Assembly (NCBI GenBank): GCA_951406725.2
Contig: OX597816.1
Span: 148,304,001-148,368,000 of the forward strand
Direction: 5' to 3'
Source of the DNA: Octopus vulgaris
Lineage: Eukaryota
Length of the DNA: 64,000 bases
This document shows positions 11,690 through 26,539 of this stretch, piece after piece. How positions within the stretch are numbered: the first letter of the stretch is position 1; each line of letters opens with the position of its first letter. The translations under genes were made by a program, and so were the position numbers. A model generated the notes under the pieces. The model saw nothing but the letters and a program-made list of their open reading frames with translations. It did no database searches and was not told where the DNA came from.

Positions 11690-13050
11690 AAAACAGATAG
11701 TTGAAATGAAAAGGAAATTAAATGAGTAACCAAGGTTAAATAGTAAAGCCTAGAAAATAATCATGCTTTTAGATGTATCGCCCAAAATTCGACACTAAAA
11801 ATTATATGTAAGATACAGGGTTTCAGAAATTACAAAACTGTTATAAAATATATACTTTAATAAATAAAGGGACAGTTATACAAATAGCTATACTACATCA
11901 ACAAAAGTGGAAGCCAACGGTTATAAGGTAACAGCGACGAAGTCGGAGTATAGAAAAAGTATTGAAAGCAAATATATGGATAATGGAATTATAAATTATC
12001 ATATTTAACATGGAAAATATTTTACATGGCCAATACTCGAGAAGATGAAGAAGAACTAAATGAAGAAAACTCAGCAGCGGCTGAGCAGTATTAGACGGAA
12101 CTGTTTTTTAATCATGACACTAAACGAAAGCCTTCTCACCAGAAACTGCAAAAGCCATGCAGTAGAAAGGAAAGCAAATAGTATAAGTTGGATATGTAAA
12201 TGCTACGAAAAAGTAATCAGTTACATAGTCTCTTGCTGCTCGTCTTAGTCAACAGGAAGTATATATAAGGATCATATCTGTGGAAGATTGAGTGCTTTTA
12301 TACACTAGAAAATATTTTTAATGTCTCAGAGTAAATAAACGGGTGGAGGCTCAATGGCCCAGTGGTTAAGACAGCGGTCTTGGTCGGAGGATCGCGGTTT
12401 CGATTCCCAGACCGGGGGTTGTGTGTGTTTATTGAGCGAAAACACCTAAAACCTCCACGAGTCTCCGGCAGGGGGGGCGACGCCTGTTGTACTCTTTCGC
12501 CACAACTTTCTCTCACTCTCTCTTCCTGTTTCCTGAGTAACGCTGCGATGGACTGGCGTCCCGTTCAGCTGGGGGGAATACATACGCCACAGAAACCGGG
12601 AAACGACGAAGAAATAAACGGCATCAAAATCACCATAGTTTTGTCATTCTGGGACATATGATGCAAATAGCGAGACAAAGGAAATCATTCTCTTGACCAT
12701 TAGCAAAGGAAATGTCTACGAAAGGAAGTTTCAACTCCAACGAATGACATTACATCTATAAAGCAAATTATAGAAACTATTTAAAAAAAATTAAGAGTAC
12801 AGCAATAGATGGAAACAAGATGTGAGGAGTTGAAAGTAAACTTAATCCCATAAAAATAAGTAACCTGCGAATATATAACCAAGCACAAGAACTTTCACAC
12901 CTACTTTAATTGTATTACTAGGTCCAACGCATACACTATTATCTGTTCGCAAAACAATAGCACTTAAAAAATGTTGAAAGTATTGCAGATGCAGAACTGC
13001 ACTCTGTTCAATAGTGAATACAGGTAATCAAAAACTAATAATAATAATAC
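11690..13050 (+). mobile_element. Degenerate 3' part of an R4/Dong-type LINE, interrupted by a SINE
   Basis: ORF 12060-12248 (TQQRLSS...FLIMTLNESLLTRNCKSH...WIC...ISYIVSCC) aligns to SQQWLRSS...FLIAAQDQSLPTRNYQKH...CRIC...INHIISGC of 61523-63751. Also ILHGQY, ILGH/FWD and VLLGPTH remnants, a similar 3' UTR and a (TAA)n tail. Confidence 0.8.
12343..12611 (+). mobile_element. tRNA-derived SINE with 10-bp target-site duplication
   Basis: Box A TGGCCCAGTGG, box B GTTTCGATTCC. TSD AAATAAACGG at 12333-12342 and 12612-12621. Confidence 0.85.
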
Positions 13051-13603
13051 TACTACTACTATTACTACTACTATTGTTGCTGTTGGTACTTCTGCTAATA
13101 TTACTACTACTACTGTGGTAAGTCAAGAAATTGCACAAGTAATAACGTAAGAACCATGATGGGAAGATGAACAACAATGACAACAACCGACAAAAAGAAC
13201 ACTGTCGACTTCAATAACAACCAACATTAAAGACAAATTTCCAGAGAAGGGCAACTACAAAAATAATACAAAAAAACCTGAAGCAACAAAACAATAGCTG
13301 CTCTAGTAATTCGATCCACAGCTCATTATCTGTTTAACACGTGACTACACATATGTCTGATAAATGGCCGCCTTTAACAGACTAAAGTAAAATAGACGAT
13401 CGTTGTTGAGTGGCCCATATTAATGGCTTACCCAAGCAGAAGTTCTGCATCATTTTCTTTTTATTTTCTTTCCATCTTTTTTATTGTTGTCGATGGTGAT
13501 TTTGTAGTAGTAGTTGTTGTTGTTGCTGCAGCTGCTGCTGTTTTTGTTGTTGTTCTCCTTCTTCTTCTTTTCGTTCTTTTAAATCTCTTCATTCTTTTCT
13601 TTC

Positions 13604-13654
<51 letters not shown>

Positions 13655-13769
13655 ACATCATCATCATCATCATACTCATCATATACATATATTTATTTTT
13701 CTTGGTGATTGTGATGTTGCTACTCTTTATATTGCCCCAATAATTTACTATTACAACTACTTGTAGTAA

Positions 13770-13829
<60 letters not shown>

Positions 13830-16800
13830 CAGTAGTCTAAAACCTGTTAACAAATAAGAGTAGGCCCCAACCTCAAGGTTGTATTTGTATTCTCTCTACA
13901 AAAGAGTATTTTATTTTATATTTTCATAATTTGTTTCCTCATATTTTCTCTTTTTTTTAATCTCTAGTTCGGCATTTATCCACCTCCTCATAATCTTCCT
14001 CTCTGTTACCATCCTTATCATCCTTCTGATTATCATAATCATAATCATTATAATGTCATTTTTCCTCGATTTGGAATCATAATTAACATATCTTTCTTTT
14101 TGTCCTTGTTTCTATCATCACTATCATCTTATCATCACCATCATCACCACCATCACCATTAATATCATCATCATAATCACTAACACTACTACGTTAATCT
14201 TCAGCTCATTCATCTGTATATTTTTTCCCCTGTTCTTCCATCATTATTGGTCTTGTCTGTTTACTTTCATATCTCTGCTTCTTTTCCCACTTCATCTTAT
14301 ATTTATCACTTAGAATCTATAAAATTCATTCTTATCTAAATAGTTCACCTGTGTCTATAAGTATATTGTTTGGATGGAAGGTCAAACTGCCGCAGAGGGA
14401 TGAGCGCCGAATTTCATATTTACCGATAATCTAGTTTCGAAATCTACAGCTAAAATGCATTCTCCTTTTAATTTAACTAATCTTTAAATTCCACAAGGAT
14501 AAGCAATGCAGTTACCGTTTTCTCTAAACTATTTAGGCAATTAATTAATTTACAAATTGTGTATATAATGATAATAAACAGATCTCGAACTTTTAATAGA
14601 ATATTTTATCAAATTTGTTGACTTGGTGTTTTTCTGTGGCGGGATTTTTGTTATTGTGTAGTCTCAAGTCTTTTTTTCCGCAAGAGAAAGTGCACCATTT
14701 TCCGATGTGTTTTTCTAAGTCGATAAGGTATAATTTGAGATATTCATGTTAATTTTAACAGGCCAGACATCGACTCTCTCACTTGTAAACCACATGGACC
14801 GTAATGTATAGGGACTAAAGTAAGATAAAAAATATTTCAACAGGTAAAGGAATCTGCATCACAGTTACGGCTTCCGTAAACATACCAGGAAGATAGAGCC
14901 CTAACACTATTCGTATAATGAATTTGACTCTTAAACGTCAGCGCATATATAGGGTCGTCATATATTTTCGTTTCTGCTGATGTTATAACAATTGTTGTTT
15001 AGCTCAATATCAACCCTGACTGAGCAAGGCTATACCAATAGCTAGTTGGTCAACCGAAAAATGCCATCCATCCCCAATGCAACAAATTGATGTTCACATT
15101 ATGCACTTCACATGCAACGATTTATTGAGCGGTGCATAAGGTTCCAATTTTTCTTTTTCGAATTTACACGGATATGTATGTCTTTAGCTATTGGCCAACG
15201 CGACAGTGAAGGAGTGCTAGGTGAAAAAATTTCGAACACAGCAACATTTTGCTTCTATCTATAAAGTTATTGTTCATTTAATCATAGTATTATTACTGTT
15301 TCTGTTTAACTAAGTAGGTGTTTTAGTTTGTAAAATAGAGTTGTTTAGGGATTGTAGACACTTCTGAGTTTTGTGAGGGAGGTGATTGTTGCTGAATTTT
15401 GTAGCCCAGATTGTATATTTTCAAGATCATTCAGGTCATCATCTCCTTGCTTCTTAAAATGCACCCAAGTTCCTGTTTCGAATCAGTTATATGTGACTTA
15501 AATGAGATTTGGCTGCTATGTCTAGCATGTAGAGTGACTACTAAGAGATTTCTCCATCAAGTTCTGTAATTGATTTTGTTGTTCTGTATCTTTTGGTGGT
15601 TTGGGGTTTAGTACTGCACGCTAACAAGAGATCCATCAGTTCTGCAGATTCTCTGCAGACATCATTAAGATGCACTACTGCCTGTAGTATTTATTTTAGC
15701 TTGAAGTATTTATACCACAAATGCTTGATCTTCTTAATACCATCTCTGCTTGTATCGAATACCAAGGGAATGAGAACAAATAATGAAATTAGTAACAGCA
15801 TAGTATTCGGTTCTATAAGCTTTGGTCATACAAGCAGAAATAATTCAGCATTCTTACTAGAGTAAACCCCTCTCTCTTCAAGCTATACACATAGAATGAA
15901 TTGCAATCCTCACAACATGCTACCAAGAATACACACATATATTACGCAGCTGTGAAATATATTGTTGTGGTATACCTCTTTACAGTTAAGTGGTCCATTA
16001 GAATTAAATATATTAGAACAAAAAGTGAACCTATAACGCGGTAGCAACCAATGACTCTTGAATCGATCGACTCCAAACCTCACAGAGAAGATAACGAGAG
16101 AGAGAAAATATGTAACTTGTTGCATCTAGACTGGAAGGAAAAGAAAAACTAATTAATGTGTATTATGAATAAGGAGAAACACTAGAATTGGAAATGTGTG
16201 ATTATCTGCATCAAAGTGAAGCAGATTAAATATAAAAACAAAAGTGGTATATGTTGGTCAGTCAAAGGATGAAGTAGAGACTAATGCGAAGCCCTATGTC
16301 GAACCTCTTACGTAAGCTGTTACGAAACCACCAGAGAGTTAAGGTCATAGTTTGATAACTAAAGCTGCAAGTTTGTGAAGATATTCAGAGCAAATAAATT
16401 TGCAATTTATTAACATTTTCTCCAAAGAGGAAGTATTAATCCATTCTTGTTTTCTCGTCTATGTATGAGTAAATGTGTGCATATTAAAGAGAGAAAAAGT
16501 TTGCTTATGAAAATGGATATAGAAGTGGTATCTATGAGTGCGATCCTCAGAATTTTATACTGTAAGTTCTCATATGTGCAATACTGCGAACTAAAGATAG
16601 TGTTATTCTGTTCATAATGCAGCATCACTTATCTTTTGTTTAGTCCTTCTATTTCTGCTTTTACAATGCTCGTTTATATCTGTTAGCAATTAGTGTTCCA
16701 GTAAGTTAAATTAAACTGTTCTCTATTTAGATGTAGCTTGCTAATAATGAATCGTCACGGACACTGGAGAAGCGTTAACTCAGGTGACATTTTCATCTTG

Positions 16801-17597
16801 TGCTACCGTTTCATGATTAAAAGAATTACATAACTTGGTCAACCTAAAGGTAATAGTGTTGCAATGTAAGAGTTATATGGTAATGTAATTATTTAGGATA
16901 TTTAACAGCTTGTAGTATCTTCCAATTATGCTAGTGCGTATTGAAAATGGCACCGAATTAGTAAAAGTGTTATAACGTTGTAAGAAATATCATATCGTAT
17001 ATATTCTGGCTCTTAGAGTTGTGAGTTTGAATCCTGCCAACATCAACTTTATTTTACATCCTTCAGAGTCGATGAAGCCTCATCGAAATTACTAGGGAGT
17101 CGGACAAGATTCTTTGCTTTAATTTTTCCGGCTCTTTATATTTTGAGTTCAAATCTCGCCGCGGTTTACTATCGACAGTTACAGGGATTATTTCCTTCAC
17201 GATTTACACACAATTAACCATGAATAGAATTAGAGAAGTAGCTCTCACCTGGGGTATCCTCTGTAGCTTATATATTCTCTATACAAACAAAACTAGAGTA
17301 TCGCGCACAATGAACACAGCAACAAAAGGTAACGGGGTCAAAGAAATGCTTAAAACATTTTTTCAGTTGAACGAGCCATAATATTTAATCTACTGAGAGC
17401 AGAGGACATGATAATGTATATTTAATTTGGTATTGTACCTCCCATAATCTTGCAAGCATTAATGATGATGTGTCTTTCTGATTTGCGTATATTTCAGGCC
17501 TACCTCATACTCTTGCAATAGTTTAAATATTGCCCTGATGTTATAATTTACTACATAATTGGTCATAGGGTTATTAATGAATATACGTGTACAAGGG

Positions 17598-18313
17598 TTG
17601 AATACTTACCGTGGGGCACAGAAAAATTGAATTGCAATTAGTAATGGCTAGGCTACTGTATACATTAACGAAATTTAGATATAATAGTTTAGATATCTTT
17701 ATTTTAGAGAATAATTATTTGTAGTAGCTTTGGCTCTCGTTCATAATTTTACAGTTTCGATTACTGGACCGGGTATCATGCTGTGTTCTTTTGTACGTTA
17801 TTTGAGGTTATTCCAGTCCACTTAACTGAAAGTATTAGCTTAGTGGTAGTGCAGCCCATTTCTGTCTTTACTCGGTTGTTCTGCTTCGTCAATGGTGATA
17901 TACCTGAGGGGAGTGTATGTTTTCTCTCAGCTACATGGGGACGTAAAACAATTAGCGAAAGCTTAGTAAATGCTATCAAGTTATAATCACTTGCGACTGA
18001 CTACTACAATTATATACTTTATTTTCAGTTTATATAGTTGTGAAAAATTTATCACTAATGTCAGAACCAATTTCGATGCTACTACAAGATTTCTAATAAA
18101 AATGCTGTAAGATTCAGCTTTAAAATATTTAAATATTACACAATTGCATCTGGTAGAAAGAATGTAATACTAGAAAGAGCGATACCCAATTTTCTGATGA
18201 AGTTTGCGTTTGTGATTACTGTTTGGGAAAAGTGTCCGCTGTGTTGTTGAATACTTACCGTGGGGCACAGAAAAATTGAAATGAAATTAGTAATGGCTAG
18301 GCTACTGTATACA
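17598..18313. repeat. Direct repeat of about 67 bp (about 17598-17665 and 18247-18313), each copy containing a consensus minus-strand splice donor
   Basis: GTTGAATACTTACCGTGGGGCACAGAAAAATTGAA(T/A)TG(C/A)AATTAGTAATGGCTAGGCTACTGTATACA occurs twice with 2 mismatches. Confidence 0.9.
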
Positions 18314-19218
18314 CTTCATACATTTCTGGCGGGTTTTGGACTGTGTTACCTTTGCTTAATCCCAAATCACTTAGGACTTGGCAGATTCCATCAGTAACCA
18401 TTCCATCAGTAACCATTCATTTTCTTTTATTTTTACTGACTGTGGACAACTTTATCCAGTATTTCGTTTGAATGTATCTTGAGAGAGATTTGGATTTTCA
18501 TAACTTCTTTGTTGGGTCACTCACTTTATAAGCACTTACCGTTTCTGACTGAGAATAGTTTCGCCAGCTGGAAATGCTTCATTCATGCTGTTTTACGAGA
18601 CCAGCTCGCAATTTATCGTAAACTACTGAACATGCCAGGGACCCAGTAAACTAATACAATGTTTCTCGTTTTATTTTACATTCATAGATTTTATTTAAGC
18701 CTCTTTTGATAATCATTGTACACACGTGTTCCAAACTTACTAATATGTATTTACTGCGAGTTTCTTCTATGTATGTACATACGTGTGTAAGCATGTATAT
18801 ACGTATGTGTTTATGTAACTATATATTATGCATGCATGCACGTATGTATGACATCCTGATCATTGAAGCGATGATGCACAAGCATCGATTAGGCTGAACT
18901 AAAAGCAATACTTGTCATCGCCACAAATGGAGGAAGCGAGTAGAGGAAGAAGTGGGTATTTTGAAGAATATTTTTGAAGAAACACGTATTTCGTATATTG
19001 AACTTTATGTGGGCTGCACTAAAATGTACTGCCAGTTCAACGAATGGGGGCAGTTTCATCTGCAATACGTGTAGACATATACGTTTATGAAAAGGTAGGC
19101 TCATTTGTCATCAGCAGAGCCACAAGAGTGAAAGATAATTTTTTTGAGTACACAGCATTCTTAATAGTCAGCGATGGTTTTCCTCGGTCACGAGAAGACA
19201 GCCATCGTCCATTGTCGT

Positions 19219-19261
<43 letters not shown>

Positions 19262-19263
<2 letters not shown>

Positions 19264-20622
19264 AACGCCACCATCCTCACAGGCACTCATCACTGTCTCC
19301 ATCACATCACCGACTCCTTTGCCTGCACCTCTAATAATGTTATTTACTGCGTATCTTGCTCTCTCTCTCTCTCTCCTTCCCTGTACATTGGTTAAACGGG
19401 GCGCCGCTTGGCTGACCGGTCCACGGAGCACCTCCGAGGCATCAGACTTGGCAATGACACTCTGGTCTCGCACTGCATTTCGCTCTACCGATCATTCGAT
19501 ACAACATTTGTTTGTGTTCAGACTGTCTCTGCACAAGGGCCACTTGGACTCCCGCCTTTCACCATGAACAGAAACTAATCTCCTCTCTTCGTTTCTTTGC
19601 GTCACATGGTCTCGACTCACCTCCTCTCTTCATCTGACTCCAACCCCACACCGATTTCCACACACTTCCACATTTAACTGTTCCCTCCACCTACACATGT
19701 GATTACCTATCTGGTACCCTGACCAGAAACGCACTATACAAATGACCATATACACTGTTCAACTCATCACTCACTTTACACACCATTACATACACTCCCA
19801 CAACACCTTCCCACTCCACATACTCTAGCACACACCATTATCCACACACAGAGACGCAATCTTCAATATTATCACCACACATACTACTATACGAGCAGAC
19901 CCACACTGTTTAACTCTGTGCAGACACTACACACCCTCAGTGCAGACACTCCACACCCACACAAGCACAAAATAACTGAACAAACTATATATAGCCCCCC
20001 CCCACATCCACACAAGTACGTAATACCTGAAGACAGACAATATACACACACACACACATGCAACACGCATAAACACACGCAACATGCATAGGCAAATATT
20101 ACTTTCGCCCACCAACATATGCTATACACATGCACATGATTTGGTCAAAGACACACACACACATACACATGTGCACATACCACTTGAAACAGCACACATC
20201 AACTGCTACACACAAGAGACACACGCACACACACGTCAAACTCACACACCCCCATTCACACATACACACACGTCAAACTCACTCGCCCCATTCACACATA
20301 TACGCACACGCTCGCGCACTTTAGTTCGGTGTGATCACCATTATTATCTCCCTTTCATTTAACTATTTCTATATTATTATTTCCCTTTCATTGAACCTCT
20401 TCTTTTCTAGTCATCCCACCATGTTATACCGCCGAACTCTACACAGTTTTCTCTCTTTGTTTTTTCTTTCGTTTTCTCTCTATTTATCCTTCTACGCTTT
20501 CTGTCGAAGAGCGTAGGCTCGAAACGTAAACGACTTTTCGATTTTTCCTGAGCGTTAAACTAATACACCTGCTTGCTGTTCCTTGACTTGTCTTCGTATT
20601 TTGGTTTGTTGTTGCAAATTTG

Positions 20623-20626
<4 letters not shown>
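19262..20626 (+). mobile_element. 5'-truncated Penelope-like element (Neptune-type GIY-YIG, CA-rich UTR, pLTR with hammerhead-like motif), between (TA)n tracts
   Basis: Translation ITDSFACTSNNVIYCVSC...LYIG*TGRRLADRSTEHL...HFRSTDHS...EQKLISSL at 19262-19620. Motif CTGTCGA-A-GAGC-gtag-GCTC-GAAAC-GTA at 20501-20528. Confidence 0.85.
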
Positions 20627-20678
<52 letters not shown>

Positions 20679-20793
20679 AAAACATGAAGTTCGAAAATGC
20701 TGCTGTATTATACAATTTTTAATTTTTATATATATACATTATAACATGTTTCAGTTCCTGAAATGAACTTAATCAATATATATATGTATATAT

Positions 20794-20848
<55 letters not shown>

Positions 20849-21631
20849 CATATATACATACATACGTGTGTGTGTGAGTGTGTGTGTATGTGCACATATG
20901 TGCCTATATGAGCAAACATGTGTGCGTTGCTGTAATATTGGACATTAAACAAAAAGGACAACACACGGCGATGAGACTTGAAGGAAAGAATGCCAACACT
21001 ATAGCCATTGGTGGCGCAGCTGGTGTTATTATTGTTTATAATATAATTTATTAGAAATTTGGTGACATTTCAACGGGTCGAGATAAGTTCAGACATCAGA
21101 TTTAGAATCAGATTCTCTCTGGTGCAAAGGTAGCACTTATTTAATTGTATAAAAACAAATCATAGCGATCACAGATCGAAGATCGTACATATATTGCCGG
21201 AGATTTTAAATATATTGTACTTCCAATAAGTTGATGATGCAGAAATAGCTGATACATTTATAAGAATGAATGAGTATCAGCTAATGTGAAATATATCCGA
21301 ATATAAACAATAAGGGAAGCTTTTTCGAATAACATTACAATGATATATTCATAGCAATTCACATTGAGTCAAACAGAAATCCCACTCTCTATGTATGTAT
21401 GTATGTATGTATGTATGTATGTATGTATGTATGTATGTATGTATGTATGTATGTGTGTATGTATGTATGTATTATGTATGAATGTATGCATGTATGCATG
21501 CATGTATGTATGTATGTATGTATGTATGTATGTATGTATGTATGTATGTATGTATGTATGTATGTATGTATGTACGTATGTATGTATGTATGTATGTATG
21601 TATGTATGTATGTATGTATGTATGTATGTAT

Positions 21632-22555
21632 GCCTTTTCCGCGTCTCTTAGCACCTCCGTCGTTTTTCCTTCATCTCTTCCACATCTGCAAAACGTTTTC
21701 CTTAAATGACTTTTTTCATTTAGGGAAAATAAAGTCGCAAGGAGGAAGATAGGGTGAATAAGGAAGGTTGGTAAGCGGGGTCATGCCATCTTTGGTCAAA
21801 ACTGTCTCACATGCAAGGTGGTGTGCGCAGGTGCGCTGTCGTGATGAAAACACCGCTCTTCAGCTGGCCACAAGTTGGGGCGTTTTCGTCTCACCCCGTC
21901 TCGCAAACGCGTCAGGACTTCCAAGTAAAATGTCTGGTTAACAGTTTGACTAGGAGGAATAAATTCTGTGAGGACAATTCCTTTTGCATCGATGAAACAC
22001 ATCAGCATCATCTTGACATTGGACTTCACTTGATAAGCTTTTCGGGGACGTGGTGACATTAAATGCTTCCATTGACTTGATTGCTGCTTCGTTTCCGGGT
22101 CGTAGCCATTGCATCAGCTTTCATCACCAGTGATGACATTATAAGAAGGGCCCAGATGAACTTCCAGTTGTTCTTTCTTTTCACAACACGCATTTAGTCG
22201 CAACTGCTTTTGATCTTCCGTGAGCAAGCGAGGTGCAACACTTCTCATTCGCAATTTCTCGCTTTAAATTCGTTAGCAGGAGCTCCAGTATACACCAATC
22301 ATATGAAAATGTTCGTCAATTATTCGGCGAAGGTCCTCCAAGATCAGTTCATTAATTTTCGTGATGTTTTCATTCGTTCGGGAGATCGACAGTGGCTTTG
22401 AACAAGGTTGGTCTTGAAGTGACAAGTGACTATTCCGAAAGCGTGAAAATCACTCGTAAACTTGTTTTTTGCTCATGGCAGCGCCCTTGTAATCTGTTTG
22501 AAGCATGACAACTGTTTCTGCTGCTGTTTTCAGGGAATGGAAAACATCAACAACA
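21632..22555 (-). mobile_element. Mariner transposase relic
   Basis: ORF 21796-22059 KMMLMCFIDAKGIV...TVNQTFYLEVLTRLRDGVRRKRP...HHDSAPAH. ITGDE-like motif upstream. Confidence 0.9.
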
Positions 22556-22630
22556 AAGTATTTTTGTATGTATGTATGTATGTATGTATGTATGTATGTA
22601 TGTATGTATGTATGTATGTATGTATGTGTG

Positions 22631-22697
<67 letters not shown>

Positions 22698-22899
22698 AAG
22701 TACAGATTTGTATGTTTTATTTTATGTATGTATTCTCATGTATATAGTTGCATATCTAGACATGCTCATATATATATTTAAATGATAAACCTCTGGAAGG
22801 CTTTACATCTTCGAATTTGCTTTCCCCTTTCTGATTTTGAAAAGGCTAATTTCTCAAGATTGTATGAATGTATATGTGTGCGCGTTTGTGTGTGCGTGC

Positions 22900-22952
<53 letters not shown>

Positions 22953-24027
22953 CGTGTCTGTGTACATAGGTATCAAAAAGCATCAAAGGTCATTATCGAG
23001 CAACAGGCGTATATGGCCGGTTTCCCGGATTATGTGTTGTATATATTCGCCTGCTAGTCGAGACGAGGGTCCGTTACAGGATTATTCATTTTTGCCAGCT
23101 GAATGGACTTCAGCAACGTGAAATGAAGACAATGAATGCAGCCTAGCCACTAAGCCACGCGCCAGCACATGTATATATGGGCATAGGCTGCTTCCGAATC
23201 ATTGTGTCTCGTCCTAATTTCAAATTTTATAATTATTTAATGCTATATGACCTGTTCAACCGCCTATGTTATTACTGTTAATATCATCATTTAAAAATAT
23301 TTACCGTAGGTGATATTATAAGAAGTGACATATTATTTCGAGCGTAAATGCATGAATGATTTTTTACTTATATATATATATATATATTGCACCATGTGGA
23401 TTGGTTCGGCGTAAAACGAACCATAACACAGACAGATTTATAACGTGACGGACTTAGTATTTTCACCAGTACTAATGAAAGTTAAGGCTCACGGGACAGC
23501 AACCGAAACCATGGTATATGAGTATCTGAAGGGCATACTCGTTAAAGGTATGCTTTGCCAATATCTTGATTGTTTGACCGTTTCCTCACCTACTGCTGCA
23601 TTTCGGTTATCTGATGGTTTATGGCAGTTGTATATTAGGGATTTAGCTCCTATTTCTAAACAGGTCGATGCTGTTTCCGCATCCCTGTACCTTGTGTTAA
23701 CTTTATAAATATATATAAATATATAGTAGCGAGAAGTTGAGGTTAAGTGCTAACTATGAAACATATGTAGCCTGGATTTTATCTGATCCATTCCCTTATT
23801 TTGAACTTTTATTCACGTACACAGCAACCCCAGCTGCAAACCATAAGCTATAAAATAACTTTTTTCAGCTTATTGAATTCCGATATGGGCAACATTTACA
23901 ACCTAGGTCAATAAACTTCTATTGTTCTTGAAAGTTTTCTTTTAACTTTCTGCGGACTGCTCGACGCTATAGTTTGGTTCTTGGATGTTACCTTTACACA
24001 CAAAACACACACACACACACACACACG

Positions 24028-24085
<58 letters not shown>

Positions 24086-24139
24086 TATATATATACAAAC
24101 ACATGCACGCACGCACACATACACACTCACACACACACA

Positions 24140-24704
24140 CGTACACAAGAGTATAGTCTCAAAAGTAATGCAAAAATGATGATTACATTTCTAGTTTCTG
24201 ATGTGGATGTTTCAAATAGCACGCTAATAGCGTAAATCTTCCTTTGTATCAACTCTATATTCTGTTCTTCATTGCAGTGAATTAATTATGTTTTCAAGCC
24301 GTCAAGAACTCAGAGTGCGTTCTGTTCGTGATTATGAAGTGGTGCTGATTGTCCGACATCTACAGAAGCTTAGAATGTATCTACGGACATGACACCATGG
24401 ACAAAAATCCGTTCCAGATGGATGACGAAGGTTTATGCCTGGGTGAAGCAACATTGAAGACAAACCGCTCCGTGGGAGATAATTAATTGTAACTATTGAT
24501 ACAAACCGCCAGCGTGTAAACGAATTGATTCCTGCGGAGAGATGACTCAAAATTCATGAGCTTATTGCACAAGTTGAATGGGGTTATAATGCATTGTAGT
24601 GCATGGTGAAAGACTCAGGGTACAGGATAATGTGTGCAAATAAGCACTTCTGCAGTAAACTCTCGATTTGGAGGAGAAAAGGGTGGAAGTCTGCTCTAAT
24701 CTGC

Positions 24705-24705
<1 letters not shown>
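24140..24705 (+). mobile_element. Mariner relic, N-terminal helix-turn-helix region
   Basis: Broken frames give IYRSLECIYGHDTM...NIEDKPLRGR...RVNELIPAER. Confidence 0.7.
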
Positions 24706-24781
<76 letters not shown>

Positions 24782-25216
24782 GTGTGTATACCCATATCTT
24801 TCTATTTAACTCTCTCAACATATGTATGCATGTGTGAATGTGTGTGTATGTATATATAAATCTCTGTGAATGTCCGTTTGTCTAAACGCCTGTTTGTGCG
24901 TTTGTGTTTGTATGTTTCTCTATGTGTGTTGTGCTTGCGTGTGTGCACCTTTAAAGTAAGTTATTTATCTGCGTTTTACATTCTACATGCGCTTACGTGT
25001 CTTTGTATATGTGTATAAGAATTCATGCGCATATGTAATTAAACCTATTGTCATGAAATATAAGCAATAATTTTACTACAGTGTGTAATCAAATACGAAG
25101 ATGACAGTGGGATATAAAGTAAAATGTCTGTTTGTGAAAAACATATCTAATAATAACATTGATAACAGAGAAGAGCTTAATGGTGTGGATGTAGCAGAAA
25201 TGGCAAAGTTATCGGT

Positions 25217-25248
<32 letters not shown>

Positions 25249-25399
25249 TGTATGTATGTATGTATGTATGTATGTATGTGTGAGGTTATGTATGTATGTA
25301 TGTGTGAGGTTATGTATGTATGTATGTATGTATAAATGTATTATGTATGTGCATAGCTTTATTGTATTATTCTACTAAAATATATAATCTGTCTCAGAC

Positions 25400-26300
25400 A
25401 GAAGAGGAATGGGTGATGTGACAGTTTGGAATTAAATCATTGGTTATGAACAAAATTATCGGTTCAGTATGAAATAGTCCAAAAGGCTGAGTCTTAACAA
25501 ACTGCGAGCGGGTGAAAGAATTGACTGGAGTGGGAAGAAGACTGTGCAAAATGCTGATTTTTATTATTTGCGACGTCTGGGAGGAAGGTTCAGAGCCCAT
25601 GGAATTTAGAGACACTCCGAAGGCTGTCTGTGAGATTAATTGTGTTAGGGTCTTGTTTTTAAACTGTTGCAAGTCGACTACGGAATAAACGTAAAGAGAA
25701 GGAATTTATACGGGAGGTGACGCATTAAGATGTGTGATTGGCGATGACACCCGAAGAGCCACCTCCGAGGAATAGTGACCATAGTATTTATAGATGTTAG
25801 TGTTTGTGTATTATCTAGTTTTGAAGACAAATAATAGTGTTTAAGATGCAGTTAAGAACGTACGTCCATTGTAAGAGATCATCGGTGATTATTAAAGCTA
25901 GCATTTGAAACGATTATGAGGGCAATAGTTGTGTGCTGTTCATATTTTAAGGGGATTGAGGTGTAATGATGTCTTCTTGATATGAGAAATATTTGAGTTT
26001 GGATTTCGTTTACAAAAAAAAACATTATTGACTTGACTCCATTAGAGGATGTTTTCAAGGGCCGTGATCATGGAGTCAGTATATATTTGGTGTGGAGAGT
26101 TGATATTGAATTTGGATGAAGCTTAGAACAAAAGTTTAGGCTCGAATAAAGAACGGTGTCATTTGCGTAAGAATGGGAGTTTTGAATATAACAGCTAGTA
26201 GGTCATTGTTATACAGAAATAGTGGGGTAAGAAAGAAGTTAACCCTGGGTTACACCAGAGTTGATACAGTGTGTTGCTACTGAAATAATTATAAATGTAT
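25400..26300 (-). mobile_element. Degenerate CR1/L2-group LINE RT fragment
   Basis: The minus strand gives INSGVTQG...LYNNDLL...SYANDT (SGVPQG / YADD relics). Confidence 0.65.
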
Positions 26301-26342
26301 GTTTGGGTTGGTATGAATTTCTATACATACATACATGCATAC

Positions 26343-26373
<31 letters not shown>

Positions 26374-26386
26374 CATACATACATAC

Positions 26387-26476
<90 letters not shown>

Positions 26477-26501
26477 AACATTTAATTTGCAGTATAAATA
26501 C

Positions 26502-26536
<35 letters not shown>

Positions 26537-26539
<3 letters not shown>

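Noticed and set aside
12343-12420. tRNA-like sequences here and at 28701 and 42646
   Set aside because: There is no complete cloverleaf and each continues into a SINE body, so they were not called tRNA genes.
17603-17620. ATACTTACC resembles the U1 snRNA 5' end, or a spliced-leader RNA
   Set aside because: Downstream sequence does not match U1 and the two copies diverge right after the donor. It is simply the complement of a splice donor.
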